Positions 9,181 to 23,190 of a stretch of 64,000 nucleotides of DNA are shown here, one piece after another; the first letter of the stretch is position 1, and every line of letters begins with the position of its first letter. The notes beneath the pieces are model-generated. The model was given only the letters and a program-made list of their open reading frames with translations, searched no databases and was not told the DNA's origin. The stretch comes from Octopus vulgaris (taxonomy: Eukaryota), in NCBI GenBank assembly GCA_951406725.2, contig OX597824.1, positions 28,954,001 through 29,018,000 of the forward strand, read 5' to 3'. The translations under genes and the position numbers were made by a program.

Positions 9181-11720
9181 ATGTTTAACTTTTGATTTGT
9201 ATTTGTACAAGTTGGTTTCAAGTCGCACCCAGAGACCTCATGAGACAACAAGTTAGAAGTTCATGTCATTGTCATGCGCAGGGTGTGATATATTTGGTTT
9301 TGCACATTGTATTGTTCTAGAAAATGTTTAAGAAAGCATAAGAAAATTATAAGTTTGTTTTAAAATTTGAGATTACATAGACGGTATTTTACGCCGGATA
9401 TGGGCAGTTTCCATGAGCACTATCTTTTGAATTTCTATCATTTTGGGATTTCCTGGTATCTGAGCTAGGTAGGAACCAGTCCCTTTTGCTATCATTCCTA
9501 GGGCACCTATGATGACAGTTATTGTTTTAGTCTTGAGCTGCCACATTTTGCCAATTTCTATTTCAAGATCTTTATACTTGCTCAGTTTTTGGTAGGTTTT
9601 GACAGATACATTTATATCGATTGGGACAGTCATATCAATGAGGAGGCATGATTTTTGTTTGACGTTTTCCAATATAATGTCTGGCCTATTTGCATCTATC
9701 TTTCTGTCAGTTTGAATGGTGAGGTTCCAGGGGAGTGAGATGTGATCCTTTTCAAGCACTGGAGGTGGTTTGTGTTCCCATCAGCTTTTATCATGAAGCG
9801 GGTCCAGGCTTATGCAAATTACCCAGTGAATATATTGTGCAGCTCTTTCATACCTGCTGAGATACTCTGTAGGCGCAAGAGGATTGCACTTGGAGACAAC
9901 ATGATCAATAGTTTCATTTTGTTGTTGACATACATGACATGCTGGGGCAGCTGCCGTTGTTTAATATGTTGGACTAGTAGTTTCTTGTAGGTAGGCATTG
10001 ATCTTGGGCTACTATGATAAACCCTTCTGTCTCTGATTTTAAGCCAGAAGCCACTAACCATTGATGGGTAAGGGCTTTGTCAACATCGGTACTATTAGTT
10101 CTCTTTGGGTATTTGACATTGAGAGGTTTTCCTTGTCATTTATCATTAAGAATATCTAAGGCAACAGTTTTAGCACGGGTTTTTAAACTCTTAGCTTTTT
10201 CTGTGTTTGTTTCCAGTACGTCTAATTCCGGAATTTGTTATATTTGGAATTCACTTAGATATTTCTTTGCCTGTTTTGTTACTGAGTATGATGCTTTCTT
10301 GTTTTCATGCTTTGAGACACGTTTTAACAACCAGTCATCAGAGTTTTTGAGGTAGGTGTCTAGGCCGTTTGTGGCAATCTTCATTGTTAATTTCAGTTGT
10401 AAAAGTCCATGTCATCCCTATTTTCTTGGCAGATAAAGTCGTTCTATATCTGCCTTAGGGTGGTGCATTCTATGCATTTTTCTGTCTATATTACATATTT
10501 CAGTAATTGACCAGTTAATGATATTGGAAATGTAAGTCATGACCGGTATAGTTAAAATTTTGATCGCTTCAATCCTGTTACTGGCATTCAGCTCTGTCTT
10601 CAGTATTGTTCTTACCCTGCGGTAAGATAATATTCTCTTCTGATTCTTTCACTCATTCAATAGGACTGCTAGTCTTTCATGCACTGCGTGGCATCTCTTC
10701 ACCCAAAAGCCATGAATCCCATCTGGTCCGGGGGCTTTCCAGTTAGGCACTTTACCCACATGTTCTTTTACATCACCTGCGCTAATGACAATATTCATTT
10801 GTTTCTTAACTTATTGTAATTCTGTCTTGATTTTTCTTATCCATATTGCATCCCTTTTATGCGCCACATTGTTTCCCCATAATCCGCTCCAGAACTCCTT
10901 GGCTTGATTTGCATCAGGAACAACATTTTCCTTATTGTCTCCTTCTAACATTCGGAAGAATTGCTTCGGGTTATATTCTAACAATCTGTTCTCCTTGAAC
11001 TGCTTATTTCTATTCACAAATCTTCTGATCCTCTGGTTTTGCCATGATCTTCTGTTTTAACTGATCAAATCCTTTCTTCCGTATTTTATATTTCTTCTCT
11101 AATTTTTCTCGGTCGGTCCTTTTCCCATTTTTCTAGTTTCCTCTTAACCATTGCTCAATTTTCTCTAGATCTTACTTTGCCGCATTATGACCCTTTCAAT
11201 GCGTCATTTCCACCATGATTCTTTTGCTCCACCATTTTTTGTTCTCTTAAGTTGTAATTTATCCTGAACAAGTAGCGCAATAGCTCGGAGAAGATTCCTT
11301 GTTTGTGTTGTATCCTCCATCTGGATGTATGGTACGACAGTATTTATCTTTTATGTAACTTTATTTATCATACTCTTATCTGTCCTTCTCATATTCGTGG
11401 GGATTTTTTCTTCTGGAGCATACATCAAGTCGGTGAGTTGTCCTTGAATTTCAAGCAATTCATTATCTAGTTGGTTCATTTCCCCTGCATGTCCACCCAC
11501 CACAATATCAGGGTTCACTGCATAATGTTCCTGTTCCTCATCCTTAACAGCACCATCACCATTTCCCTGTTCCTCCTGTCTACTCTTCTGCCTGCTTTCA
11601 ACTCCGACCATCCTTCGTAGCCCATCCGTAGAGTCTCTTAAACTCCCACTAATCCCAGATATTTCTACTCCAGTTAAGTAACCCTTCCTCCTAACCACTC
11701 TCACTTAGCTCATTAGTTAA
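9181..11720 (-). mobile_element. R4/Dong-like non-LTR retrotransposon (RLE endonuclease), decayed, RT core deleted
   Basis: KAPGPDGIHGFW (RT region 0); RPDIIL..LLIDMTVP..KLSKYKDL..VIIGALG restriction-like endonuclease; 3' end abuts (TAA)n at ~9146-9180. Confidence 0.85.
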
Positions 11721-11740
11721 TTTTCTGACATTGGACACAT

Positions 11741-11845
11741 GGTGGTGGTGGTGGTGGTGGTGGTGGTGGTGGTGGTGGTGGTGGTGATGGTGGTGGTGGT
11801 GGTGGTGATGGTGGTGGTGGTGCTGGTGGTGGTGGTGGTGATGTT
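11741..11845. repeat. (GGT)n microsatellite
   Basis: Direct reading. Confidence 0.95.
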
Positions 11846-12027
11846 ATTAAATTTAGAACTCTTAACTTCTCTTCCTTGTGTATTTCTTCGTATTTTCCTT
11901 CATGATTTTATTCGTTAGTTCTTCATTTTCCTCATTCTTACGTTTTTCTCATCTGTTCCTCCTTCAGTTTCCTTATGTCACTGTTATTGACCCCCTTTCT
12001 CTCCCTCTTCCAGTATGCCTGCGTTTA

Positions 12028-12061
<34 letters not shown>

Positions 12062-12134
12062 CCCACACCCATACATTTATGTATGCATGCATGTATATGT
12101 TCACATATATACATATATATATATATATATAAAT

Positions 12135-12173
<39 letters not shown>

Positions 12174-12179
12174 CATACA

Positions 12180-12215
<36 letters not shown>

Positions 12216-13039
12216 TATATGCATACATATACAGATATATGTGCGTGATTGTGTGTGTGTGTGTGTGTGCGTGCGCGTGCGTGTGTGCGTAACTGCTCTT
12301 AGCTCATATATTTCCTTCTTCTCTCCGTCGCCATTCAGAATGACTCTGATACACTGACATGATATCTCTGAACACGTGGTCCCTGCCAGTCATTCCAGTG
12401 GCAGTTGTTTTCCTCTTCTCCTATATCATTACACCTTCCTTCTCCATCACCATTACTATTCCTACCATTACCAACACCACAACATACACAACTCTACACA
12501 CGCAAACACACAGATACTGACATGTACGTATGTATGCAGACTTACTACCACGCAGAAATACTTATGCATATCTGCACACAAGCATACACATTAGAAGTTT
12601 TCATTTCTTTTTATGTTAACTTTCAAATTCTTTGGCAAATTTGAACGTATGCTTATGTGAAAATGAATGAAAAAAATATTTTTTTCTAATTACTTGCCAT
12701 AAAGATATTGTTTCCTGCACCCGGAGCCTAACCCATACCACGGTAGCTCATAACATTGAGAAGGAACAAAACAAGATATTTCGCATATAGAAAACAAATA
12801 TAATTGAATATAAACTTAATTGTTCATCAAGGCTTTAATGAAGAACTTGAAAAAAGAAAAAAGAAAAAGAAAAAAGAGAAAATACAGCCAAAATGCTGAT
12901 TTAAATATTTCAACAACAGCATTGCCAGACACGTACACCATTTCTCAAATAAACGTTTTCTCGTTTCTTTGCATTCTAGTTTTATTTTCCCCATAGTTGG
13001 AAGTACGACAGAATAAGTTTATTCAAAGAGAATGCGTCG

Positions 13040-13500
13040 TTGATAATGAAGGACGTTACGAAAAGCAATGACCCTCTTGTTGGAAATTATATACAAAAGA
13101 CAGCTGAGAAAGAATTTTTATTGCTATCTCCTAAAATATCGAAGGGGCTTTTATAAGAGCGACTGATAGATGCCATGTCCGATATGCAATTTTGAAAAAC
13201 GACTGCAACTGGGAAAGTTGTAAATTTAACGACTCTAACTTTTATGTTTGCCTTACATATGCAACGTTCTCAAGCCAGCCCACCACGCACTTACCCTTAC
13301 CACAAAAAGCATTTGCAAAGCACCACAGAACTCAGAGTAAAACCAACAATGGAATCATTAATGAAAAACGCTTCCTTAATGAATAGAAGTCTTCATAAAA
13401 CTTGGCAAATAATGATGGAAGCAATATTTGTAACACCTGAAATAAACCATGATCAAGAAAATTTATGACAAAAATCACTAAAAGCTTAATCGTATCCCCT
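13040..13500 (+). mobile_element. Possible highly decayed Penelope-like element (GIY-YIG-region remnant)
   Basis: FYVCLTYATFS..H / HKKHLQSTTEL / TWQIMMEA loosely match the Penelope endonuclease pattern YIGLT..TFK.R..H..T.LS..W.I; aatgaaggacgttacgaaaagc also occurs on the minus strand at ~34060-34092. Confidence 0.3.
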
Positions 13501-14043
13501 TTTTTGTTGTTTTCAGACACTCCTTTTGAAAGAACATTAAGGTGTGATTTGAAGGATATTTGGATATTGTATTATGTTGGTCATGAAAAAATATGTTTTG
13601 AGACCCGGTCGTTACCCTATGTAGTATAAATATACATGTCTAACTATTATAGCAATGCAGATTGTTCATTGAATAACAACACTTGTACTTTAAAAATACT
13701 CATTATCGTCAGTCAAAGGAAATTATTAACATTCCGTTTTCTTTACATCCTCGTCAGGATTAAATTTTGTTTTTCGTAATCACAAATTTAGTATACATAA
13801 AGAACATTTTTTTTCATTTTTGCTGTCCACCATATAATTTATTGAATTATACTTAAGTATCTAATTAGATATCTAATTAATATCTTATATATATGATCTT
13901 CAGATCTTTTTAATTAAATATTGATCTCAGACATATTTCTCGTTTACGAGTTGGATTAATTTCTTTTGATTTTAGAATTTAACTAGTGAAAGGATTAAAT
14001 TATTTCATTATTTTTGGGCCTCGCTACTTTAACTCAAACACAC

Positions 14044-14097
<54 letters not shown>

Positions 14098-14281
14098 TGA
14101 CTCATAGATACGCTATGTATTTATATGAGTGTGTTTGTGTGCGTGTGTCCATGTCTGCGTATGTACGTGTATCTTTAATATATAATATTATTAATCTTAT
14201 ATTGTTCTATGTTGACTTTCCTATAGTATGTTGTTATAAGATAAATTTGGTGGTATGATCTTAAGGAAACATTCATATATA

Positions 14282-14366
<85 letters not shown>

Positions 14367-14486
14367 CCTACGTATCTATCTATCTGTCTATCTATTTGTC
14401 TGTCTATATACATCTTTGCACACACACACATGCATACATATATACATCTAAATACACACACATACACAAACACACACACACACACA

Positions 14487-14528
<42 letters not shown>

Positions 14529-14840
14529 TTCACTCACACACACGCATGCACACACACATACATGTATACATATTTTATGCACTCATTATTAAAATAAGAG
14601 TAACTAATTGTTTCATGGCATGGAGCCATCGTAATTAGGCAGATTTATATAACGTACCTTGTGTCTCCAAGCAGTCTCCTGGCTCAGGGGACAGGGTTAG
14701 TTCTACTTAAAACCAGAACAGTGCTACATAAAGGCCACGTTGAAAAAATCAAGTAAGTTGATGCGTCAATCTTCATCCTATTGTTCTCTTCGTGTTTCTT
14801 ATATGTATATAAATATCTATCTGTCTCTCTATCTTTCAAA

Positions 14841-14927
<87 letters not shown>

Positions 14928-15239
14928 CCTATCTACCTATCTATCAATCTATCAGTATACGCATGTATGTATGTATGTTTGTTTGTGCATATGTATGAAT
15001 GTATCTATATATGAATCCATGTTTATGTGCGAGCCTATTTTGAGAGATAGAAAGGAAAGGCGAGTGAGAGATAGAGGAAAAGAGAGAAAGATAGGGAAAA
15101 GGAGAGGCGGGATATGTGCCTAAAATTGAAAACAATAATCGCTATAGATGTAGATGGATGTGTTTCTTCATGAGAATTTCATGTTGAGGATGTTCTTTCT
15201 TAAAACCAGCAGACAGAATAATATCAGTTCGCGACATAT

Positions 15240-15395
15240 AGGCGCTGGCATGGCTGTGTGGTACGACGTTTGCTTCCCAAACACATGATTAAGGGTTCAA
15301 TCCTACTGAAGCAGTAGAACGAGTCTTGTACTATAGCTTAGTGCCGTCCAAAGCCTTGTAAATGGATTTGAGAGGCGGAAACTATAAGAAGCCCG
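15240..15395 (+). mobile_element. SINE family B, 5' part
   Basis: aggcgctggcatggctgtgtggt..gggttcaatcct..aaagccttgtaaatggatttg..gaagcccgt. Confidence 0.7.
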
Positions 15396-15656
15396 TGAAT
15401 AATATGAATTAAATGAATACTAAGTTTACACAAAGGAAAGCATTATAAAAGAATTCTTAAACAAACAGAAAATGCATTAGATTAAACGATGAGCTAATAC
15501 TAAAGATTACGATAAAAAAATAGTTAAAATTAAAAAGCAAAAAACTTCTTATATTTAATAAGTTTTGAAAGTTTGCTATGGCAAATGTGATTTTAAAATT
15601 TCTTTGAAACCTATAAAGTTGTAAAGTTAACGACTCCAACTGTTATATTTGCCAAA

Positions 15657-16195
15657 TGCGCGAAGTCTGATACAAAAAAAAAAGTATCAGGCCTGTTGCT
15701 ATGGTAACTGGGCTAACGTACGTAGAGTGAAGTTGTTGTGCATGTTCACTTTGTTATAACATTCTCGCTAACTTCTGTTGCTTATAGCAGTGATTCAAAT
15801 TAATGTGTGTAGAGTGGTGTTGTCTAAAAAACAAGATCGGATATCGGCTGCCCAGGGTCTCCTTGATTGTGTCAGGGAACACGAAAACATTTTGAAAATG
15901 GTCATCACAGACGACGAATCGTCTATGACTATCAGCCCGAAACCAAGGCAAAAATCAAATCCCATTTGAAAGGGCTTTCAAGACGCCGAGTAAATCCAGG
16001 AAAGTGCGACGAGGTAGCTGCCCGCTATCCCCAAAAAGGGAGTTGCAGGAAGGCTTCCATCAATGGAAACGATGCTGGATAACGTGCGTGGCTGCAAAAG
16101 GGGTCTGCTTCAAAGGAGATTAAATACCGAATCGATATGTATTGTAGTTCTGTTTTTATAGCACCAGTCCAAATATTTTTTGATCCACACCGGCC
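15657..16195 (+). mobile_element. Internally deleted mariner-like element
   Basis: ILKMVITDDES / YDYQPETK (mariner ITGDE.W.Y.Y.PETK) joined to a C-terminal remnant; ends resemble inverted termini. Confidence 0.65.
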
Positions 16196-16489
16196 CGCAA
16201 TTGCAAGTAATTGCAATGCACCACACAACACAAAGTAAGATTAGCTGTGAAATCATTGGTAAGCAACGCTTCTATATTGCATAGGAATGTCCACAAAAGT
16301 TGACGGATAATAATGGATGCAATATTTATGGCAATATTATCAAAATAGAGATACAAATATCAGACGCAAGTTGCAACCGAAAATATATGGCTCATAAATG
16401 ACATATTTGCCTGACTTTCAAATTCTGGTTGTAAGGTTTTCTCAGTCACATTAACCCTGGTTGGCTAGTATAAACGAACAGCAAGATAC

Positions 16490-16547
16490 ACCAGCATCAA
16501 TTTATCCTGAAGATGAGTCTGAGAAAGTCTAGAAACGTTGATGTTGG
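16490..16547 (+). ncRNA. Degenerate hammerhead-like motif
   Basis: atc CTGAAGA tgagtctgagaaagtcta GAAA cg TT gat; upstream ccagcatc can also pair with gatgttgg; stem II poorly paired. Confidence 0.35.
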
Positions 16548-17036
16548 ATATAAGGATTTGACTGTTCCAAAGAAGATTCAAGAAAAGCAATAATGACAAA
16601 AAAGTCAAAACTAGACAACAGTCGGGTTTTAGATACAATACACACACACACACACTCGCACACTCACACGCACATACACACTCACACACGCATAGATCTG
16701 TATGTAGTTAGTTACTTAACTTGACATGATACGTACGTGTATATGCATAAGCCATGTAAGCGGAAACTTCACACTCCTCAACAAATAAGAAAAAACCTTC
16801 TTCGTGCCTATTACCATTGCTGATTCCTTCTGACATGAAAAATCTGTATTAGTCTGTAATTTATTTAGTTATTAGTTTCGGCGATTTTTTTAAGCAACAG
16901 GTGCAAAATGTAATTAGCCAAACTTGATGATAAATCATTGCACAGACAGCTGTATACGAAGTATATTCCGGGTAGATCTATGCATAAACACACACACATA
17001 TCTGACATATCTGTATCTACATACATACATACATAC

Positions 17037-17082
<46 letters not shown>

Positions 17083-17355
17083 ATATGTTTGTGTGTGTGT
17101 GCGAATACATACATACATATACATACATAAAAATATATACCCGCATAGATGCACAGATATATTGAAGATATATATGTATATCAACAGATATATATATGTT
17201 TATATGAAGGATATTCAGTGTAAAACGTACATACACACTACGGCAATATACAATCGTAACTATACTCACAGACTTGCATGTATATTTGCGGGTGTATACA
17301 TATGTGTGGAGCTTTGCGAGCGTGTGTAAATGAACGGGGGAGAGATTGTGTGTGT

Positions 17356-17392
<37 letters not shown>

Positions 17393-18497
17393 TGTGTGTT
17401 TGTGAATGGTCTGTATGTGTGTTTGAGTGGTCTGTGCGTGTATAAATGGTGTGGCGCGTGTGTGTGTGTAAGCGCGTGAGTGAATCGTTTGTGTATGTGT
17501 GTGTGTGTATGTGTGCCAGTGACTCAAAAAGAGAGACAGAGAGTGTGTGTGAGGGAGAGTTAGAAACAGAACGCAAGAGAGAGAGAGAGAGAGAGCGAGT
17601 CAGAAACAGAAAGCAAGAGAGAGATTGCTTGTTGACGAACTGTGAAGAAAGTGTACTGGAATATGTAAGTAATGTAAGCGATGTGGTAGTGGGGCTGGTT
17701 GGTGGTTGGGTTTTTGCTTCTGTTTTGAGAATTTCTTGAACTCTCGAATGAAGTAACTGTGATCTCACAGCTGCAAAATTCCACATCTCAAAGAATCAGT
17801 GTCTAACTGAAGAAATTTATTTCTGAAACTTTCCTATGTGTTTCGAAGGAAACTAAATTATACAAAACGGAACAGTTTATAGTCTTTATTATTTGGCAGA
17901 TTTTTATCTTGTTTTTGATGGCAATAGTAGTTCGTTTTATTTATTACTTCTTCGTGTCTGTTGGTTAGCTAAATCCCACCGATATCGGATTTACCCTTTA
18001 GCACTTCAGGGTCGACAAAATAGGTACAATTTACGTTTGTATATAGTTTCCGTATGCCGAATTCATTTGGCAAATCTTTGGTCGGCCCGTGGCTATAGTT
18101 AAAACCACTTTCCCAAAGGTGACCACACAGTGGGATTGAACCCAGAACCTTGTGATCGGGAAACAAACTTCTTACCGCAGAGGCATGCCTGAATGATATT
18201 TAATTAAACATTATGATTACATCAGGAATTCCTTGTAAAAACATTAAAAAAATATGTGTGTATGTATATGCACATACACACACATACACATACACAAAAA
18301 CAAACAAACAAACACTCACAGACACATATACACAGATATGCACACGCATGCACACACGCATCGCTGAAATGTCGATCTCACTTCTAACAACACCACGTAA
18401 CCAGTCTTTGAGGAATAGGAGCCCATTTTCCAGTAGCCATTTTGGACTTCATTTGTTCTTTCATTCGATAAAATGAGCTTGTGTGTATGTGTGTGTA

Positions 18498-18528
<31 letters not shown>

Positions 18529-18668
18529 TTCATGTGATTACGTGGTTTGCGTTTTGTTTTTTAGCATCTCACACTTCTTTTCTCGTTGTCGTCTTTGTAC
18601 GTGGATATCCTCATCTTTGTCTTACACCAGTTGCAAATAAATTTATCATTATTAATATTAGTTCCCCC

Positions 18669-19622
18669 GAAGGCGACGAGCTAGCAGAATCGTTAGCACG
18701 CCCGGTGAAATGCTTAGCGGTATTTCGACTGCCGCTACGTTCTGAGTTCAAATTCCACCGAGGTCAACTTTGCCTTTCATCCTTTCGGGGTCGATAAATT
18801 AAGTACCAGTTACGCACTGGTGTCGATATAATCGACTTAATCCGTTTGTCTGTCCTTGTTTGTCCCATCTATGTTTAGCCCCTTGTGGGTAATAAAGAAA
18901 TAGAAATAGGTATTTCGTCTGCTGCTACATTCTGAGTTCAAATTCTGCCGAGGTCAACTTTGCCTTTCATCCTTTCGGGGTCGATAAATTAAGTACCAGT
19001 TACGCACTGGTGTCGATATAATCGACTTAATCCGTTTGTCTGTCCTTGTTTGTCCCATCTATGTTTAGCCCCTTGTGGGTAATAAAGAAATAGAAATAGG
19101 TATTTCGTCTGCTGCTACATTCTGAGTTCAAATTCTGCCGAGGTCAACTTTGCCTTTCATCCTTTCGGGGTCGATAAATTAAGTACCAGTTACGCACTGG
19201 TGTCGATATAATCGACTTAATCCGTTTGTCTGTCCTTGTTTGTGCCCACTGTGTTTAGCCCCTTGTGGGTAGTAAAGAAATAGGTATTTCTCTGCCGCTA
19301 CGTTCTGAGTTCAAATTCCGCCGAGGTCGACTTTGCCTTTCATCCTTTCGGAGTCGATTAAATAAGTACCAGTTACGAACGGGGGTCGATATAATCGACT
19401 TAATCCGCTTGTCTGTCTGTGTTTGGCCCCTTGTGGGTAGTAAAGAAATAGGTATTTCGTTCGTCTTCACGTTTTAAATTCAAATTCCACCGACGTCGAC
19501 TTTGCCTTTCATTCTGTCAGGGTCGATAAAATAAATACTAGTTAAACAATGGGGGGGGGGGGCGATTTAATCGATTTAGCCCCCACTACACAGCTGCTGG
19601 CCTTGTGCCAAAATTTGAAACC
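18669..19622 (+). mobile_element. SINE family A multimer: one head plus five internal units (168-190 bp)
   Basis: Units start at 18721, 18911, 19101, 19285 and 19453, each with a gagttcaaattc-like B box and gcctttcatcctttcggggtcga; imperfect 15-bp TSD at 18654-18668 and 19623-19637. Confidence 0.85.
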
Positions 19623-20081
19623 AATATTCGTTCACCCATATTTTGAATTTTTCTTTTTTTTAAATTCTACTTTACTATAATTATACCATATGATTATATT
19701 TAACGAGTTTTTCTTTCAGGCAATACTCCTTACGCCCTCTCCCTCTCTATCTAACTATCTATCTCCTACTCTTTTGCTTTCTGTCACATATATCACTCGG
19801 GAGGGGTTTTTTTTTTCTCTTTTTCTTCCTCACAATAACACAAATATAACCCCTAAAACTCATGCACCCTTTCTTCATTATCCCATCGCCCATTTCTCAT
19901 ACTACGTTTCTACACTATTTTTGCTTTCCTGTCACCAAAGATCGTCCCCTCCCCCTACTCTCTGCTCTCTTTCTACATTGCCGTTGTCTCCCTCACTCTC
20001 TCTCTCTCTCTCTCTCACACACACATATACATGTATATATGAGTGTATATATATATATATATATATATATGTGCGTGTGTG

Positions 20082-20119
<38 letters not shown>

Positions 20120-20308
20120 CATACATATGTTCGTGTGTGTGTGTGTAAACATATATTTATCTACTCATATACACACACAAACATATATACACATACATAT
20201 ACATTTATATGTGTATACATATATATATATGTATATATATATACATACATACACAAACATAATATGTATATACACACACACAGACATACACACACGCACA
20301 TACACACA

Positions 20309-20364
<56 letters not shown>

Positions 20365-20366
20365 TA

Positions 20367-20411
<45 letters not shown>

Positions 20412-21144
20412 TTCTGACCGTTCTCAAACAGGTGCGTACCATGTATACGAATTAATGAATAACATATGAGCCATTTTCGAAGAGAAGAGCGTGAGCCGGG
20501 TAGAAGAATAAGTCTCTAATGGATTGAATGTGTGCTTCACAAGAACATTCCTCTGCGTTGGCAACCTAATGTAAATTTTACCCAAATGTTTGGTTCTTCC
20601 TTGTTTCTTGAAGCAGAAGTCTGAGATTATATTTTATTATGGAGTCTTTCGAACAATATACTGCGATACTTTTCACCAATGATTCATTCTTTCACTGGTA
20701 CTCGTAACAGAGAACCTGGCGTAGGATTGTATAACCCTAGATCACACACACACACACACACACTGGCACGCAGGTACGCACACACGTACACAAACAAACA
20801 AGCAGACGCGCATGCGCACACGTACACACATATACGCACACGCTTATATATAATGTATTAGCCGTTAGGCGCAGGAGACAGTAGGTTAAATATCGGACTT
20901 CAAAAACTTTAAAGCAAGTATTATTGTCGCGTTTTTCGACTAAAACCCTTCAAGGTTTTGCCCCAGCATGGCCGCAGTCCAATAACTGAAACTATTATTA
21001 CATACATATATACCTATATATACATACATATATACATACATATATATATATAGATATATATATACACATAAACACATACATAAATACATATATGCATACA
21101 TACACACATACAAACATGCATGCATCCACCCATACATACATTCA

Positions 21145-21176
<32 letters not shown>

Positions 21177-21235
21177 CATACATAAATACATACATATACA
21201 TACATACATACATATACATACATACATACATACAT

Positions 21236-21290
<55 letters not shown>

Positions 21291-21751
21291 GTGTGTGTGT
21301 TTGTGTTTGGATTCGGGTACATGTATACACATCTATCCGTTCACAAGCATTAAAAAAACTCTTTAAGAATAATTGTTTGCTAGGGAAGTGTCAAAAATCT
21401 TGACGCCCATATTCGCCCTGCTCTCTGACGCAATTCCGTTGCATCTGTCGAATGTCAATTGCTAACCAGATTTAATAATTCTTGGAATAGATTTCTTTTG
21501 TTTATTATTTAAATTAATTTTTTAGGGATTACATTTTTCTTTAAGTAAGGCGGAAGTTAATTTTTTAACGGGAAAAATCACACGCACGACGAACAAAATA
21601 ATTTGCAGCATTTCCTTTGGCATTACGTTCTGAGCTCAAATCGCACCGAGGTCAAATTTGGCTTTCATCTTTTTGGGGTCGATAAAAGAATGTAAGGGGT
21701 GTCGATTACATTGACCCCACTGTTTGACTACTAATATTATTATTATTATTA

Positions 21752-21819
<68 letters not shown>

Positions 21820-22377
21820 GTGTGAGAGAGCAGTTCATGCCATCAAAGTGACACTGGGGTAAAATATACGAAGCCCAGTATACCCATCATGACTACCCGT
21901 CTGATAAAGGCACACCAGGCACATGCATCACAACCATATGTGCGCGACATGGGTGATCTCATATCAAGATAAACTGCACATGACCTTGCAGGTGGGGCCC
22001 AGTTAGAATTTTCTTCAGGTTGAGTAGTCCATCCTGCTCAAAAGGTCCCTGAATAAGGGTTGCTTTAGGATGTTGAACGAAACACCTATGTTTCCAGAGG
22101 TGAATTATTCAAACCCCAAAGAATCCCTCTCAACACATGGCCATGATGCTCCCCCACTACTTCTGCTCGTGATCAGAAATGCACATATCGTCAGCCACTA
22201 AGGGACATGCTCAACTGGTTAAGGCCAAACAACTGACAAGCAAATCTGTGGTATTGAGCAGAATATTTGCTGTAGCCCATCTTTTATACCAAGACAAAAC
22301 AATGTACATGATAACACTTCCAATCAGTTAAGATCAGAAGCCATGAGAGCCACTGCCTGGTACTGCATCAGGGCATT
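21820..22377. mobile_element. ~557-bp non-coding element in (TAT)n, copy 1
   Basis: Highly similar to 22541-23097; (TAT)n on both sides. Confidence 0.85.
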
Positions 22378-22388
22378 TATTATTATTA

Positions 22389-22452
<64 letters not shown>

Positions 22453-22489
22453 CATTGTTATAATAATAATAATAATAATAATAATTATA

Positions 22490-22540
<51 letters not shown>

Positions 22541-23097
22541 GAGTGACAGAGCAGTGCATGCCATCAAAGTGACACTGGGGTAAAATATACGAAGCCCAGT
22601 ATACCCATCATGACTACTCGTCTGATAAAGATACACCAGGCACATGCATCACAACCATATGTGCGCTACATGGTGATCTCATATCAAGATAAACAGTGCA
22701 TGACCTTGCAGGTGGGGCCCAGTTAGAATTTTCTTCTGGTCGAGTAGCCCATCCCGTTCAAAAGGTCCCAGAATAAGGATTGTTTAAGGATGTTGAATGA
22801 ACCTCCCATGTTTCCAGAGGTGAATTATTCAAACCCCAAAGAATCCCTCTCAACACATGGCAATGATACTCCCCCACTACTTATGCTCGTGATTAGAGAT
22901 GCACATATCGTCAGCCACTAAAGGACATGCTCAACTGGTTAAGGTCAAACAACGGACAAGCAAATCCGCGGTATTGAGCAGAATATTTGCTGTATCCCAT
23001 CTTTTATACCAAGACAAAACAATGTACATGATAACACTTCCAATCAGTTAAGATCAGAAGCCATGAGATACACTGTCTGGTACTGCATCAGGGCATT
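22541..23097. mobile_element. ~557-bp non-coding element in (TAT)n, copy 2
   Basis: Direct copy of 21820-22377 with scattered substitutions; flanked by (TAT)n and (CAT)n. Confidence 0.85.
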
Positions 23098-23129
23098 TAT
23101 GATCATCATCATCATCATCATCATTATTA

Positions 23130-23190
<61 letters not shown>

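Noticed and set aside
18760-18840. HDV-like ribozyme in the SINE family A central domain
   Set aside because: Hairpins are present (ccagt/actgg, gtcgat/atcgac), but I could not build the nested double pseudoknot.
18721-19453. Regular repeats as a possible CRISPR array
   Set aside because: Units are 168-190-bp full tandem copies without unique spacers; the context is a eukaryotic SINE with no cas genes.
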